A stretch of 64,000 bases of DNA. Source: an uncultured Chloroflexia bacterium. Its GTDB lineage: Bacteria > Chloroflexota > Anaerolineae > CG2-30-64-16. The stretch lies in contig CAVZDU010000005.1 in the NCBI GenBank assembly GCA_963774265.1, positions 256,001-320,000 on the forward strand, written 5' to 3'. The notes beneath the pieces are model-generated. The model had not been told where the DNA came from. It did no database searches and worked only from the letters and a program-made list of their open reading frames with translations. Of the stretch, positions 19,377-30,100 are shown piece by piece; positions within the stretch are counted from its first letter, which is position 1; each line of letters starts with the position of its first letter. The position numbers and the translations under genes are program-made.

Positions 19377-22300
19377 ATGCGTTGGATCGTAGCGACGAGT
19401 TTGCGTTTTCGATACCTGGTGGTGTTTGTCGCCACGGCGCTGATGGCCATCGGCATCACCCGGCTGAGCGACACGCCTGTGGACGTCTTTCCTGAATTTG
19501 CGCCGCCGAAGGTAGAGGTCCAGACCATCAGTCTTGGGCTCTCGGCGGCCTCCGTCGAAGAACTCGTCACGATTCCACTGGAGCAGGCCCTCAACGGCGT
19601 GCCCGGTTTAGATGTGATGCGCTCCAAGTCGGTGCCTGACCTGTCGTCGATCGTCCTCATCTTCAAGCCCGGGACGGACCTCATTCGGGCGCGGCAGCTC
19701 GTTTCCGAGCGCGTTGCCACGGTGACGCCAACCTTGCCAACCTGGGCGGCTCCACCGCTCATGATCCAACCCTTGTCTTCAACAAGCCGCGTGATGAAGA
19801 TCGGGATGACCTCCAAGGACATTTCCATGATGGACTTGTCCATGATCGCCTACTGGAAGATCAGGGCGCGCCTGCTGGGCGTGCCTGGCGTAGCCAATGT
19901 GCCCATCTGGGGCGAGCGGATCAAGATGCCGCAGGTGCAAGTCGATCCGGAACGCCTGCGCGCGTACGATGTGACACTCGATGAGGCAATGGCCGTTACT
20001 TCAGATGCCCTGGACGCGGGGCTGCTGCGGTTCACGAACGGAGCGGTCATCGGCACCGGCGGATTCATCGAGACCGCTAATCAGCGATTGGGTGTCCGGC
20101 CCGTCTTGCCGATTCTGGAGCCCCAGGACCTGGGCCTGGTGCCTATCCTGGACAAAAAGAAGCAGGATGGCACGCCGCTGCGCCTGAATGATGTTGCCGA
20201 CGTGAAATGGGACACCTGGCAGCTCTTCGGAGACGCCGTCATCAACGATGGGCCGGGCCTCATGCTCATCGTTGAGAAGCTCCCTTGGGCCAACACCCTG
20301 GACGTGACGCGGGGCGTGGAAGTGGCGATCGCAGAGATGCAACCCGGTCTGCCCGGCATCAAGATTGACACCACCATCTTCCGACCAGCAACCTTCATCG
20401 AGATGGCGATTTCTAATCTCACGGAATCGTTGCTGATCGGCGGGCTGCTCGTGGTGCTCGTGCTTTTCCTCTTCCTCTTTGAGTGGCGAGTCGCCTTGAT
20501 CAGCGCGACGATCATTCCGTTATCGCTGATGGCATCCATGTTCGTGCTGAATTTGCGTGGCGTGACCATCAATGTCATGACTCTGGCCGGCCTTTCAATC
20601 GCCATCGGCGCGGTTGTCGATGACGCGATCGTGGATGTAGAGAACATCGTGCGGCGTCTGCGTCAACTGCGTAAGGAAGGCAGCACAGAGCCCACGGCGC
20701 GCATTGTTTTGGAGGCCTCGCTCGAGGTGCGAGGCGCTATTGTCTACGCATCGCTGATCGAGATTTCGGCCTTACTGCCGGTCTTCTTCCTGCAGGGCCT
20801 ATCCGGTGCGTTCTTTCAACCGCTTGCCAGTGCCTATGTCGTGGCCGGACTTGTCTCGCCGGTGATCGCGCTGACCGTCACACCGGCCTTGGTCTACATT
20901 CTGTTGAAGAATGCACCGACCGAGCACCGGCAGTCGCCGATCATCCCATGGCTGCACCAGGCCTACGACAAGCTTCTGACACCGATCATCCGCAAGCCCA
21001 TCATGGCCTATACCGCCGTGACGGTGATCGTGCTGGCTGGTCTTGCAGTGACCCCAGGGCTCAAGCAGGAGTTGCTTCCTTCTTTTAAGGAAAGGGATTT
21101 CCTGATGCACTGGCTGCTCAAGCCCGGCTCGTCCCATACGGAAATGTTCCGGATCACGCAACGGGCCTGTAGTGAGCTGCGAACCATCCCGGGCGTTCGC
21201 AATTGCGGGTCCCACATCGGACAAGCCCTGGCCGCGGATGAAGTCGTGGGGATCTACTTTACCGAGAACTGGATCAGCATCGATCCCGCGGTTGACTACG
21301 ATAAGACGCTGGCTGCCGTTCAGGAGCTGGTGAGCGGCTATCCCGGCTTGGTGCGTGATGTGCAGACCTATTTGAAGGAACGCATCCGCGAGGTGCTGAC
21401 CGGATCGAGCGACACGATTGTGGTGCGTATTTATGGCCCCGAATTGGAGGTCTTGCGCAGCCAGGCAGAGACGGTGCGACACGCCCTGTCGGGGATCGAC
21501 GGCATTGCGGACCTGAAGCAGGAGCTCCACGTTGACATACCGCAGGTGCAGGTTGAGGCCAATCTCGCGGCGGCCCAACGCTACGGCCTCAAACCCGGCG
21601 ATATCCGTCGCGCGGCAGCCACCTTGCTTGCTGGGGAAGAAGTCGGCGATATCTTCCGGGAAGGCAAGACCTACGATGTCAATGTGTGGAGCACACCTGC
21701 CACGCGCAACAGTCTGAACAGCATTCGCGACCTCCTGATCGACACACACAGCGGCACGCGCGTGCGCCTAGAAGAGGTGGCTGACGTACACCTCGTCCCC
21801 GCACCAAACGTCGTTGAGCGGGAAGGTCAGTCCCGCAAGATCGACGTCTCGGCCAACGTGCGGGGCAGCGATCTCGGGTCGGTGGCCAAGGCCGTCGAAC
21901 GCACCCTGAAGGATGTCGAGTTCCCGCTTGGGTACCACGCAGAAGTGCTTGGCGAGTACGCGGAGCGCCAGGCGGCCCAGCAGCGCATCCTCCTCGCGGG
22001 GATCGTTGCAGTGCTCGGGATCTTCTTCCTTCTGTATACGTCTTTCGGGAGTTGGCGCCTGGCAACGTTGACCTTCGTAACCCTACCGTGGGCCCTGGTG
22101 GGCGGCGTGCTCGCCGCTTCCGTAACGAGCGGCACGCTGACGCTCGGTTCGCTGGTCGGGCTGTTTACGATTCTCGGGATCGCGACGCGGAACGGGATCA
22201 TGATGATCAGCCACTTCCGACACCTCGAGGAACAGGAAGGCATACCCTTCGGGCCGGCGTTGGTTCTGCGTGGTGCGAAAGAAAGAATTGCACCGATCAT

Positions 22301-22520
22301 GATGACGGCGCTGACCACCGGGCTGGCCCTCGTGCCCCTGGTGATTGCCGGGAATATTCCGGGTCAAGAGATCGAGCACCCGATGGCTATCGTCATCCTG
22401 GGTGGGCTGGTCACTTCAACCTTGCTGAACCTGTTCGTTGTTCCAAGCCTGTACTTGCGGTTTGGGAGGGCCGGGTCCGCAGTTGGTTCAACTCCCGCTG
22501 AAGGTGCAATCGCTGCTTGA
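19377..22520 (+). CDS. RND permease, CusA/CzcA-like (copy 2)
   Basis: PVDVFPEFAPP, GAVVDDAIVDVEN, RIAPIMMTALTT. Confidence 0.92.
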   Translation: MRWIVATSLRFRYLVVFVATALMAIGITRLSDTPVDVFPEFAPPKVEVQTISLGLSAASVEELVTIPLEQALNGVPGLDVMRSKSVPDLSSIVLIFKPGTDLIRARQLVSERVATVTPTLPTWAAPPLMIQPLSSTSRVMKIGMTSKDISMMDLSMIAYWKIRARLLGVPGVANVPIWGERIKMPQVQVDPERLRAYDVTLDEAMAVTSDALDAGLLRFTNGAVIGTGGFIETANQRLGVRPVLPILEPQDLGLVPILDKKKQDGTPLRLNDVADVKWDTWQLFGDAVINDGPGLMLIVEKLPWANTLDVTRGVEVAIAEMQPGLPGIKIDTTIFRPATFIEMAISNLTESLLIGGLLVVLVLFLFLFEWRVALISATIIPLSLMASMFVLNLRGVTINVMTLAGLSIAIGAVVDDAIVDVENIVRRLRQLRKEGSTEPTARIVLEASLEVRGAIVYASLIEISALLPVFFLQGLSGAFFQPLASAYVVAGLVSPVIALTVTPALVYILLKNAPTEHRQSPIIPWLHQAYDKLLTPIIRKPIMAYTAVTVIVLAGLAVTPGLKQELLPSFKERDFLMHWLLKPGSSHTEMFRITQRACSELRTIPGVRNCGSHIGQALAADEVVGIYFTENWISIDPAVDYDKTLAAVQELVSGYPGLVRDVQTYLKERIREVLTGSSDTIVVRIYGPELEVLRSQAETVRHALSGIDGIADLKQELHVDIPQVQVEANLAAAQRYGLKPGDIRRAAATLLAGEEVGDIFREGKTYDVNVWSTPATRNSLNSIRDLLIDTHSGTRVRLEEVADVHLVPAPNVVEREGQSRKIDVSANVRGSDLGSVAKAVERTLKDVEFPLGYHAEVLGEYAERQAAQQRILLAGIVAVLGIFFLLYTSFGSWRLATLTFVTLPWALVGGVLAASVTSGTLTLGSLVGLFTILGIATRNGIMMISHFRHLEEQEGIPFGPALVLRGAKERIAPIMMTALTTGLALVPLVIAGNIPGQEIEHPMAIVILGGLVTSTLLNLFVVPSLYLRFGRAGSAVGSTPAEGAIAA

Positions 22521-22534
22521 GCGAATGATTGGGG

Positions 22535-22570
22535 TGCCGTAGGGACGTGAAATGCCACGTCTCTACGGCA
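22535..22570. repeat. GTAG-type REP-like palindrome
   Basis: TGCCGTAGGGACGTG-aaatgc-CACGTCTCTACGGCA, intergenic. Confidence 0.65.
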
Positions 22571-22599
22571 GTTGCCCTGTGACAGGAGGATTGAGGTCC

Positions 22600-23418
22600 A
22601 TGGTTCGATTTTTGGTGATGACCTCGGTCGGCGCATCCTTGAGAACGCTCGCCTTGGCCGGCTTGGTGCTGGTTACATTGTCGGCATGTGCGGGACGGAC
22701 GCCGTCGCAGGCCGCCGCCAACTCAGCCGCGAGCAGCGCGGCCATCAACCGCGCGCCCGCGGCGCCGGTGGCAGCCAACACGACCGTGGTTCTTGAGACC
22801 CCGGTCGCAGTGCCGGCCAGCCCGGCAGCGGTTGTCGAGACCCCGATCACAGCGCCCGGCAACCCGCCGGCATCGGGCGGCGACGGGAGGACCGAGGTCA
22901 TTGTCTACGCGTCCGATCTGCCCCAAGGCGCCCTATCCGAGTTGGAAATCTGGAGTGACCCGGCATCGCCCGGGGGCAAGATGATCGGCCTGCCCAACAA
23001 CGGTGATGAGCTAGACCCTCCCCCCGAGAACGACCCGCACGCGACCTTCGAGGTCCAGGTGCTGAGCGATATCCCCTACCGTTGTTGGATTCATATGAAG
23101 GTAGGCGCGCCCAAGGGGAAGTCGCAGGCGAACGTGATCTGGGTGCAATTTTCAGACGCGGTCGACAAGGATAATAAGGCAATCTTCAGGCCGGATACGG
23201 ACAGCTACCTGACCGCGCAAGGACCGGCGGCCGAGGGCTGGACCTGGGTGGGTTGCGACCGAGAGGACAATACCGATCCGCTGATCTATTTCGGCATCAG
23301 CGGTGCGACGACAGTGCGCTTGCAGGCGGGGATGGAAGGGGTCGGTTTCGATCAGGTGGTTCTGAGCCCTGCACGATTCCTGGAGGATTCGCCCGCAGAG
23401 GCAGTCGTAGAGAAATGA
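22600..23418 (+). CDS. Lipoprotein with an Ala/Pro linker and a beta-sandwich (carbohydrate-binding-like) domain
   Basis: Lipobox VTLSAC, PA-rich linker, YRCWIHMK..NVIWVQFS and GVGFDQVVLSP. Confidence 0.6.
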   Translation: MVRFLVMTSVGASLRTLALAGLVLVTLSACAGRTPSQAAANSAASSAAINRAPAAPVAANTTVVLETPVAVPASPAAVVETPITAPGNPPASGGDGRTEVIVYASDLPQGALSELEIWSDPASPGGKMIGLPNNGDELDPPPENDPHATFEVQVLSDIPYRCWIHMKVGAPKGKSQANVIWVQFSDAVDKDNKAIFRPDTDSYLTAQGPAAEGWTWVGCDREDNTDPLIYFGISGATTVRLQAGMEGVGFDQVVLSPARFLEDSPAEAVVEK

Positions 23419-23431
23419 AAGGAAAGAGACG

Positions 23432-23671
23432 ATGGAGAGCGCAAAGACAGGTTTCAGTACGGCCGTTCCTACCGGCTGGCTGGATCTCGTCCTCACCAGC
23501 TTGAAGGTGGCTATCGTTGCCTTTGTCGTCATGCAGGCGAAGGAATGGATCGATGCTCGTACATTCGACTTTCTCGGCGTCCTGGTTGACGCGCTATTGA
23601 TCGCCGCGGGAGTCTTCGTGGTGAACGCCGTCTCGAAGCTGATGCGGACCGGTCGATCTTCAGGGGGTTGA
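23432..23671 (+). CDS. Small two-TM membrane protein
   Basis: 79 aa with two hydrophobic helices. Has an RBS and is tightly spaced within the operon. Confidence 0.55.
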   Translation: MESAKTGFSTAVPTGWLDLVLTSLKVAIVAFVVMQAKEWIDARTFDFLGVLVDALLIAAGVFVVNAVSKLMRTGRSSGG

Positions 23672-23672
23672 G

Positions 23673-24680
23673 ATGAGGAATCGTCACATCGTTTTTGCTG
23701 GTGTCGTGCTCCTGGTGATGGCTGCCGCGTGTAGCAGTGGCCCTGTCCAGCCAGCCGCCGTGCAAAGTGCACCCACGTCGGCAGCGACGGCTATGAGTGC
23801 ACCTTCGCCGGCAGCGACCGCCGTGAGTGCGCCTTCGCCGGCAGCGACGGCCGAAAGTGAACCATCGCCTGCGGCGACAACTGGAGCCGCGAAGCTGTTC
23901 GAGGACTTCGACCCCAACAACTTCAGCCGCTCGACGCCGGTCGATAATCCATGGATGCCTCTGACGCCGGGGACGCGGCTGACCTATGAGGGGACCACGA
24001 TCGAGGACGATGGCACGGCGGTCCCGCACCGCATCGTGATCAATGTGACCGACCTGACCAAGGCGATCGGCGGCGTGCGCTCGGCGGTGACTTGGGATCT
24101 GGACTACAGCGACGACGAGTTGGTGGAAGCAGAGCTGGCCTTCTTCGCTCAAGACGATGACGGCCGCGTCTGGCGCATGGGTGAGTACCCGGAGGTCTAC
24201 GAGGACGGCAAGTTCATCGAGGCGCCGGCCTGGATCCATGGGTTTGAGGATGCCCGGGCGGGCGTCATGATGCAGGCCGACCCGCAGACCGGCACGCCCA
24301 GCTATGCGCAGGGTTGGGGTCCTGCGGTCGGCTGGACGGATCGCGGTCAGGTGGACCAGCTAGGCCAGCAGACCTGTGTCCCGGTGGCCTGCTATGAGGA
24401 TGTTCTGGTGATCGCGGAGACGAGCCAGGCGGAGCCGGATGCCCAACAGCTCAAATACTACGCACGCGACGTCGGCAATGTGCGCGTCGGCTGGCGGGGT
24501 GGGGGAGAGAAAACCAAGGAAACCCTCGAGCTGGTCAAGATTGAGCAACTGAGCCAGGACGAGTTGGCGGAAGCGCGCGCCGAGGCGCTGAAACTGGAGC
24601 AGCACGCTTACGAGGTCAGCAAAGAGGTGTATGGGCAGACACCGCCGGCAGAACAGGCCATGGTTTCGACGAATCAGTAG
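23673..24680 (+). CDS. Acidic lipoprotein of unknown function
   Basis: Lipobox MAAAC, repeat linker, DNPWMPLTPG and FFAQDDDGRVWRMGEYPE. Confidence 0.7.
   Translation: MRNRHIVFAGVVLLVMAAACSSGPVQPAAVQSAPTSAATAMSAPSPAATAVSAPSPAATAESEPSPAATTGAAKLFEDFDPNNFSRSTPVDNPWMPLTPGTRLTYEGTTIEDDGTAVPHRIVINVTDLTKAIGGVRSAVTWDLDYSDDELVEAELAFFAQDDDGRVWRMGEYPEVYEDGKFIEAPAWIHGFEDARAGVMMQADPQTGTPSYAQGWGPAVGWTDRGQVDQLGQQTCVPVACYEDVLVIAETSQAEPDAQQLKYYARDVGNVRVGWRGGGEKTKETLELVKIEQLSQDELAEARAEALKLEQHAYEVSKEVYGQTPPAEQAMVSTNQ
23767..23886 (+). repeat. 4 x 30-bp coding tandem repeat (SAPSPAATAx)
   Basis: SAPTSAATAM / SAPSPAATAV / SAPSPAATAE / SEPSPAATTG. Confidence 0.8.
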
Positions 24681-24714
24681 CCCACTCCCGAGGGTTCTCC
24701 ACCCGATGAGGGCA

Positions 24715-24751
24715 CAAGACCTTCGAGGTCCTAAAGACTTCGAAGGTCTTG
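24715..24751. repeat. Hairpin at the end of the RND operon (REP-like or terminator)
   Basis: CAAGACCTTCGAGGTC-ctaaa-GACTTCGAAGGTCTTG, 15/16 paired. Confidence 0.65.
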
Positions 24752-24988
24752 TTCACGCAACCCACGGGTTAATCCACTAATTTCCGCACGGCAAGACGTT
24801 GCGCCAGTTCTGGACCGTGTCGTTCACGGTCTGCGTGCCGGTCGCACCGTATGACAGCGTGAGCTGCCGGTTGCTGATCTCGCCGCACGCAGCATCTTTC
24901 TCGTAGTTGTTCACCTTCGCCGTTGCCGCAGCCCTTGGCGCCCCGGTCTACCTCTTGCTGACACGGATTCGTTAGTGCAGTGTTGATG

Positions 24989-25486
24989 TCACTTCATCGA
25001 CCGCGCGAGTTCGGCGCCCCATTGCTTGGCGCGCCCGAGCTCGCCGTCGCGAAGCGGACCGTACTTTCCCTGCACGATGAATTTCTGGGGCTTGGCGATG
25101 GCGCGATAACCCGCACCTTCCAGCAAGGCCAGGATCGCCTTGGCGGCGCTCCCCGGCGACCACCAGATGCGCGTCTCGAACGAGGCCGCGCGGCCGGCCC
25201 CCTTGCTCAGCGCGTCGAGCCAGACGCGCATCGCGGGGTGCGAGAGATCAGGCGGCGTCGGGTCCTTTCCCGGGTTCGCAGCGAGCGACTTGACCATGCT
25301 TTCCGTAGGGAGGCTGAAGCCCAACAGCGGAGCGCCCGCCACGATAAGGTCCACGCCCGCAAGCGTGGCAGCCGATGCTTCGGCGGTTGAAAGGGCGCGC
25401 GCCTCAGGGCCGATCCCTTCCGCAATGGCGCGGGCAACTGCCGCGGTGTTCCCCCAATGGGATTCGTAGACGACGATAGCTTTCAC
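24989..25486 (-). CDS. Flavodoxin-fold protein
   Basis: KAIVVYESHWGNTAAVARAIAEG; GPLRDGELGRAKQW. Confidence 0.8.
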   Translation of the reverse strand: MKAIVVYESHWGNTAAVARAIAEGIGPEARALSTAEASAATLAGVDLIVAGAPLLGFSLPTESMVKSLAANPGKDPTPPDLSHPAMRVWLDALSKGAGRAASFETRIWWSPGSAAKAILALLEGAGYRAIAKPQKFIVQGKYGPLRDGELGRAKQWGAELARSMK

Positions 25487-25503
25487 AATGTTGACCTTTC
25501 TAT

Positions 25504-26336
25504 TCAGATCTGGCAGCGCGGGCAAAGGTAGCACGCGCCACCGAGGTATTGGATCTTCTCGATGGTTGCGCCGCAGGTCGGGCACGGTTGGCCCGCGGTC
25601 CGGCTGTCCATCAGGCGTATGTAGCCACCGGGCCGGTTGTAGAGATCGAACTCATCGCAGCGGCCGCCTCCGGCGATGGCCGCGTTTACCGTGGCAAGGA
25701 TGGCATCATACAGGCTGCGTTGCTGGGCCGCGCTCGAGGTCGCTGATCGTGTGTTTCGGATGCAGCCCGGCGCGGAACATGATATCCTGTGCGAGCGCAT
25801 TTCCCAAGCCGGGGATGAGCTGTTCTTGGGTCAGCAGCCCCTTGACGCTTCGCTTTTCACCAGCCAGCAGGCTCGCAATCAGGGCGGCGAAGGTGTCGAA
25901 GGTGAATTCGGGTTCGACCGGGGTGGGGCGCATCCCCTTCACGTACTGGCGCTCCGCCTCCTGACCGGCCTCGTACAGCTCGTACGCGCCCCACATCTGC
26001 GTCAGCGCGGTGAGCGATGAGCCGTCTGCGAACGCCAGCCACAGGTGATACTTCTCCGGCAGCTGCGCGCCCGGCGGATGGTAGAGGAACCGGCCCCCGC
26101 ATTCGCCGGCCAGCAGCAGATAGCCAGGGTCGAGAGGCACGAACAGCCACTTGCCCCGCGCGACGCGCCTGGCCGACGGTCTTGCCCGCAGCGAGCTCAG
26201 CAAACTCTTCGTGGGTACGGTTGTGCCAGACGAATTTATGGGGCGAGTTACCGAGGCTTCCCCAGCTGATGGTTTTGCCGGTCAGGGTTTCGTTGATCTG
26301 CCGGGCGAGGGTGATGAACTCGGGTAGCTCGAACAT
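25504..26336 (-). CDS. Fpg/Nei family DNA glycosylase (two frameshifts)
   Basis: MFELPE, RGKW, IPGLGN...DIMFRAGLHP and zinc finger CPTCG...CPRCQ. Confidence 0.85.
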
Positions 26337-26477
26337 GCCTGCACCGCTCCTTCGTTGACTCTATACGCAAACAGAGGATGCAGGGTTGCTTGTCGCGACG
26401 GAGCGCAGAACGATCGAAGCGCGGAGATGCCTCGCTGCGGCCATCGCTCCGCCCGCAGCGAGTGTGGCAGTCAGGCA

Positions 26478-26982
26478 TTACCAGGTTGTCACCTCGGCCT
26501 CGATGAAGCTTTCACCCAGGGCTTTCGCCACTGAGATGCGATGGTGCCCGTCGCGCACGTAGTAGGTCGTCGCCGACCTGGAGCAGCTCGACGGGCGGCA
26601 GCGCTACCCGGCTCAGCCGCGCCCTCACCACGTTCAGCCAGCGGTCCCGCGTACTGCTCCTGGAGCGGGAGGAAGTCCCGGTCAAAGTCGTGGGTGCGGT
26701 TCTCGCTGCCGCGGACGCTGGCGATTGCGACGGTCCGGGTGCCGGCGTAATGCCGGTCGCAGACCGGGGCGGCTATCGTGGTCTGGGCCAGGGAAGCCAG
26801 CTCCCGCTGGCGTCCCGTCAGGTTGACCCAGACGCGAGCCAGGCTCGCCTGGAGACGCGGACATCCCGATAGAGGTGCAGGGCCTGCTGCATCGCCTGCG
26901 ACTCGAAGCCCAACTGGCGGGCTGCCATCCCGGTGAGCAGGCCGCTCTGCATCGTGTCTGTCAGTGCGCTGGTCTCGAACAT
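26478..26982 (-). CDS. ParB/Sulfiredoxin-like nuclease-fold protein (frameshifted)
   Basis: Across frames: HYAGTRTVAIASVRGSENRTHDFDRDFLPL ... LPPVELLQVG ... YVRDGHHRISVAKALGESFIEAEVTTW*. Confidence 0.7.
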
Positions 26983-27012
26983 GGCGCCCTCCTCTTTCAA
27001 CCTTGTGCCTTC

Positions 27013-27068
27013 AGTCTAGTCTCCGCCCGTCACCGGATCGTCGCGATGCGCGTCACGGAACGCGTCAC
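27013..27068 (-). promoter_or_regulatory. SARP/BTAD-type direct-repeat boxes plus a -10 element
   Basis: CGTCAC/CGTCGC at 27028, 27039, 27051 and 27063 (11-12 bp period). TAGACT -10 on the minus strand at 27013-27018. Confidence 0.6.
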
Positions 27069-27137
27069 GAGGAGAAGGCAGTTGATTCACAACGGTCTTG
27101 CTTTGCGGTAGAATGGGTCGGACGGGGGATGTCAGTG

Positions 27138-30100
27138 ATGTCGCAACTCAGGCTGCACCTGCTCGGAACGCCGATCATCGAGCTGGACGGCTCGCCGGTC
27201 GAGATGGACACCCGCAAGGCTGTCGCACTTCTGGCTTACCTGGCCGTGACCGGGCGGGCGCACGGCCGCGAGGCGTTGGCCGCGCTGTTCTGGCTCGACT
27301 ACGACCAGGCCAGGGCGTACGCCAACCTGCGGCGGACCCTCTGGACGCTGAATAAGACGCTGGGAGAGGCCTGGCTGGATGCCGGCGCAGAGGCCGTCAG
27401 CCTGGCGCCCTCAGTCGCGAGGGGCGCAGGGCTTCTGGGTGGACGTCGCCGAGTTCCGCGGCCGGCTGGCGGAGGGCGGCGGGGGCGGCAAGGTTGCGGC
27501 TCGGCATGGCCATGCGGCGTCCGAGACGTGTCCCGCTCTGCCTGGCTGCCCTGGCCGGGGCCGCCGCGCTCTATCGCGGGGACTTCCTCGCCGGCTTCAC
27601 TCTGCGCGATAGCCCCGACTTCGATGAATGGCAATTCTTCCAGGCTGAGACGCTGCGCCGCGAGCTGGCCGAGGCACTGGAACGTCTGGCAGAGGGACAC
27701 GCGGCGACGCACGACTGGGAGCCGGCCATCGGCTACGCGCGACGCTGGCTGGCGCTCGATCCCCTCCAGGAACCCGCCCACCGCGAATTGATGCGGCTCT
27801 ACGTCGCGGCGGGCCAGCGGAATGCCGCACTGCGCCAGTACACCGAGTGCGCCCGCATCCTGAAAGAGGAGGTCGGCGCGGCGCCGGAGGCGGAGACCAC
27901 TGCGCTCTATGAGCGAATTCATGCCGGAGGCTTGACGCCGCCGCCCCATGCCGCGGCGCCAAGCCTCACGCCTGCTCCGCCGGCCAGGCCAGCCCACGCC
28001 AATCTGCCCCCTCAGGCCACCGCCTTCGTCGGCCGCAGCGCCGAGCTGGCGGAGATTTCCCGATTGCTGGCAGATCCCGCCTGTCGCCTGCTCACCCTGG
28101 TGGGGCCGGGCGGCATCGGTAAGACGCGGCTGGCCATCCAGGCAGCCGCAGTACGAGGTGTGAACTACCCCGATGGGGCTTGCTTCGTGCCGCTGGCCGC
28201 GGTCGGCTCGCCCGGGATGGTGGCGCCGGCGATAGCCGCCGCGTTGGGCCTGGCGCTGGGCGAGGCGCGCACGGGTGACCAGCCGGGGGAGAGCATCCAG
28301 GCGCAGCTTCTCGACTACCTGCGCAGCCGGGAGCTGCTGCTCGTGCTCGATAACTTCGAGCACCTGATCGGCCGGGTGGATGGGCAGGCTGACGCGGTCG
28401 ACCTGGTGGCGGAGATTTTGGCATCCGCGCAGCAAGTGAAGCTGTTGGTCACGTCGCGAGCGCGGCTCAACATGCACGGCGAGTGGCTGCTTTCCGTGCA
28501 CGGGATGGCCTACCCCCAGTCCATACGCTCTTCTGTCGCCGGGGGCGACTGCGAGACCGCGGCGGAGACGCCGGCCCTCGCCGCGGCCGAAGAGGGCATG
28601 ACGTTGGCATCCTACAGCGCGGTCCAGCTCTTCCTGCAAAACGCGCGCCGCGTCGAGCCGGGGCTCGCTCCGGCGGAGGTTGACCTGACCTCCATCGCCG
28701 GTATCTGCCGGACGGTGGAGGGCATGCCGTTGGCCATCGAGCTGGCGTCGGCCTGGACCCGGCTGCTGCCGGCCGCGGAAATCGCAGCCGAGATCGAGCG
28801 GAACCTGGATTTTCTGACTGCCTCGGAGCGGGGCCTGCCCGAACGGCATCGCAGCCTGGCCGCGGTGTTCGAGCATTCGTGGCGGCTGCTCGACGAGGAG
28901 GAGCGCCGCGTCTTCGCCGGATTGGCGGTCTTCCGGGGCGGGTTCACCCGCGATGCAGCCGCGCACGTGGCCGGTGCGACGCTGGCGACGCTGTCATCGC
29001 TCGGCGACAAGTCGCTCCTGCACCGCTCCCCCGCAGGCCCGGGCCAGGCGGAGGCCCGGTACGATCTGCACGAGGTCCTGAAGCAGTATGCCGCGGGGAA
29101 GCTGGCCGAGATGCCGGGGGCAGCCGAGCAGGTCCGGGCGCGGCACGCCGCGTACTACGGTGACCTGTTGGCTCACCTGGAGACCGAATTCAAGGGTCCC
29201 GGGCAACTCGCGGCTGCGGCGCGACTGCAGATCGAGGAGGCCAACGTGCGCGTGACCTTGGACTGGCTCATCGAGAATAACCCTGGCGCGCTTCGCCGCG
29301 CATTGATAGCGCTGATCCTGTACACCGACATGAGGCTCGGGCTCGTCTCCCAAGGGGAAGAGGCGCTGCGGTCGGCGCTGGCCCACCTGCGGTCGCTCCA
29401 CGCGGCAGAACCAGGCTGCGAAGAGGTGACCGTTTCCCTGGCCCTGGCCTTGGCGTGGGGTGCGGAATTTGCCGAGATGCGTGATCGACGCGAAGAGGCT
29501 GTGCCGCTGTATGGCGAGGCAGTGGCCACCGCACGCGTGCTGCCCGACAGAATCGAAAAGGCGCTTGCATTCGCGCTGGCCGGTTTCGGATTGGGAATTC
29601 TGCCGTTCGATGAGTCGTACGGGCTCTACCGGCAGAGCCTCGAGATTGCGCAAGAAAGGGACGATCGTTGGGCCGCCGCCGCCGTCAACCTGGTTTGGGC
29701 CACAACGCTCTCATATGTGTGGGACACGAGCGGCGTGATCGCAGCGTCGTTTGACTCCGCCGAGCGCATCGCGCTTTGCCGCAAGAGCCTGGCTGTCTTC
29801 GAAGCCTTGGGCGACCGCTGGCGGGTGGCCGGATGTTACGCTGCCATGACGGACATCGCTCGCTGGGCGGGCGACTACGCTGCGGCTCATGAGTTTTCGC
29901 TCAGAAGCCTGGTGCTCTATCAAGAGCTGGGGGATCGACAGACGAACGTGGGCGTCCGCTTTCAGATGGGGCTAATCGCCATGGACCAAGGCGCTTATGA
30001 TGAGGCCCGCAGCTACTTTGAGGAGGACCTGGCGTTCCTGACCGAAATGGGCCGCCGCAGGCAGCTTGCCTCGCATCTTGGCTGCCTGGGTTGGGTGGCT

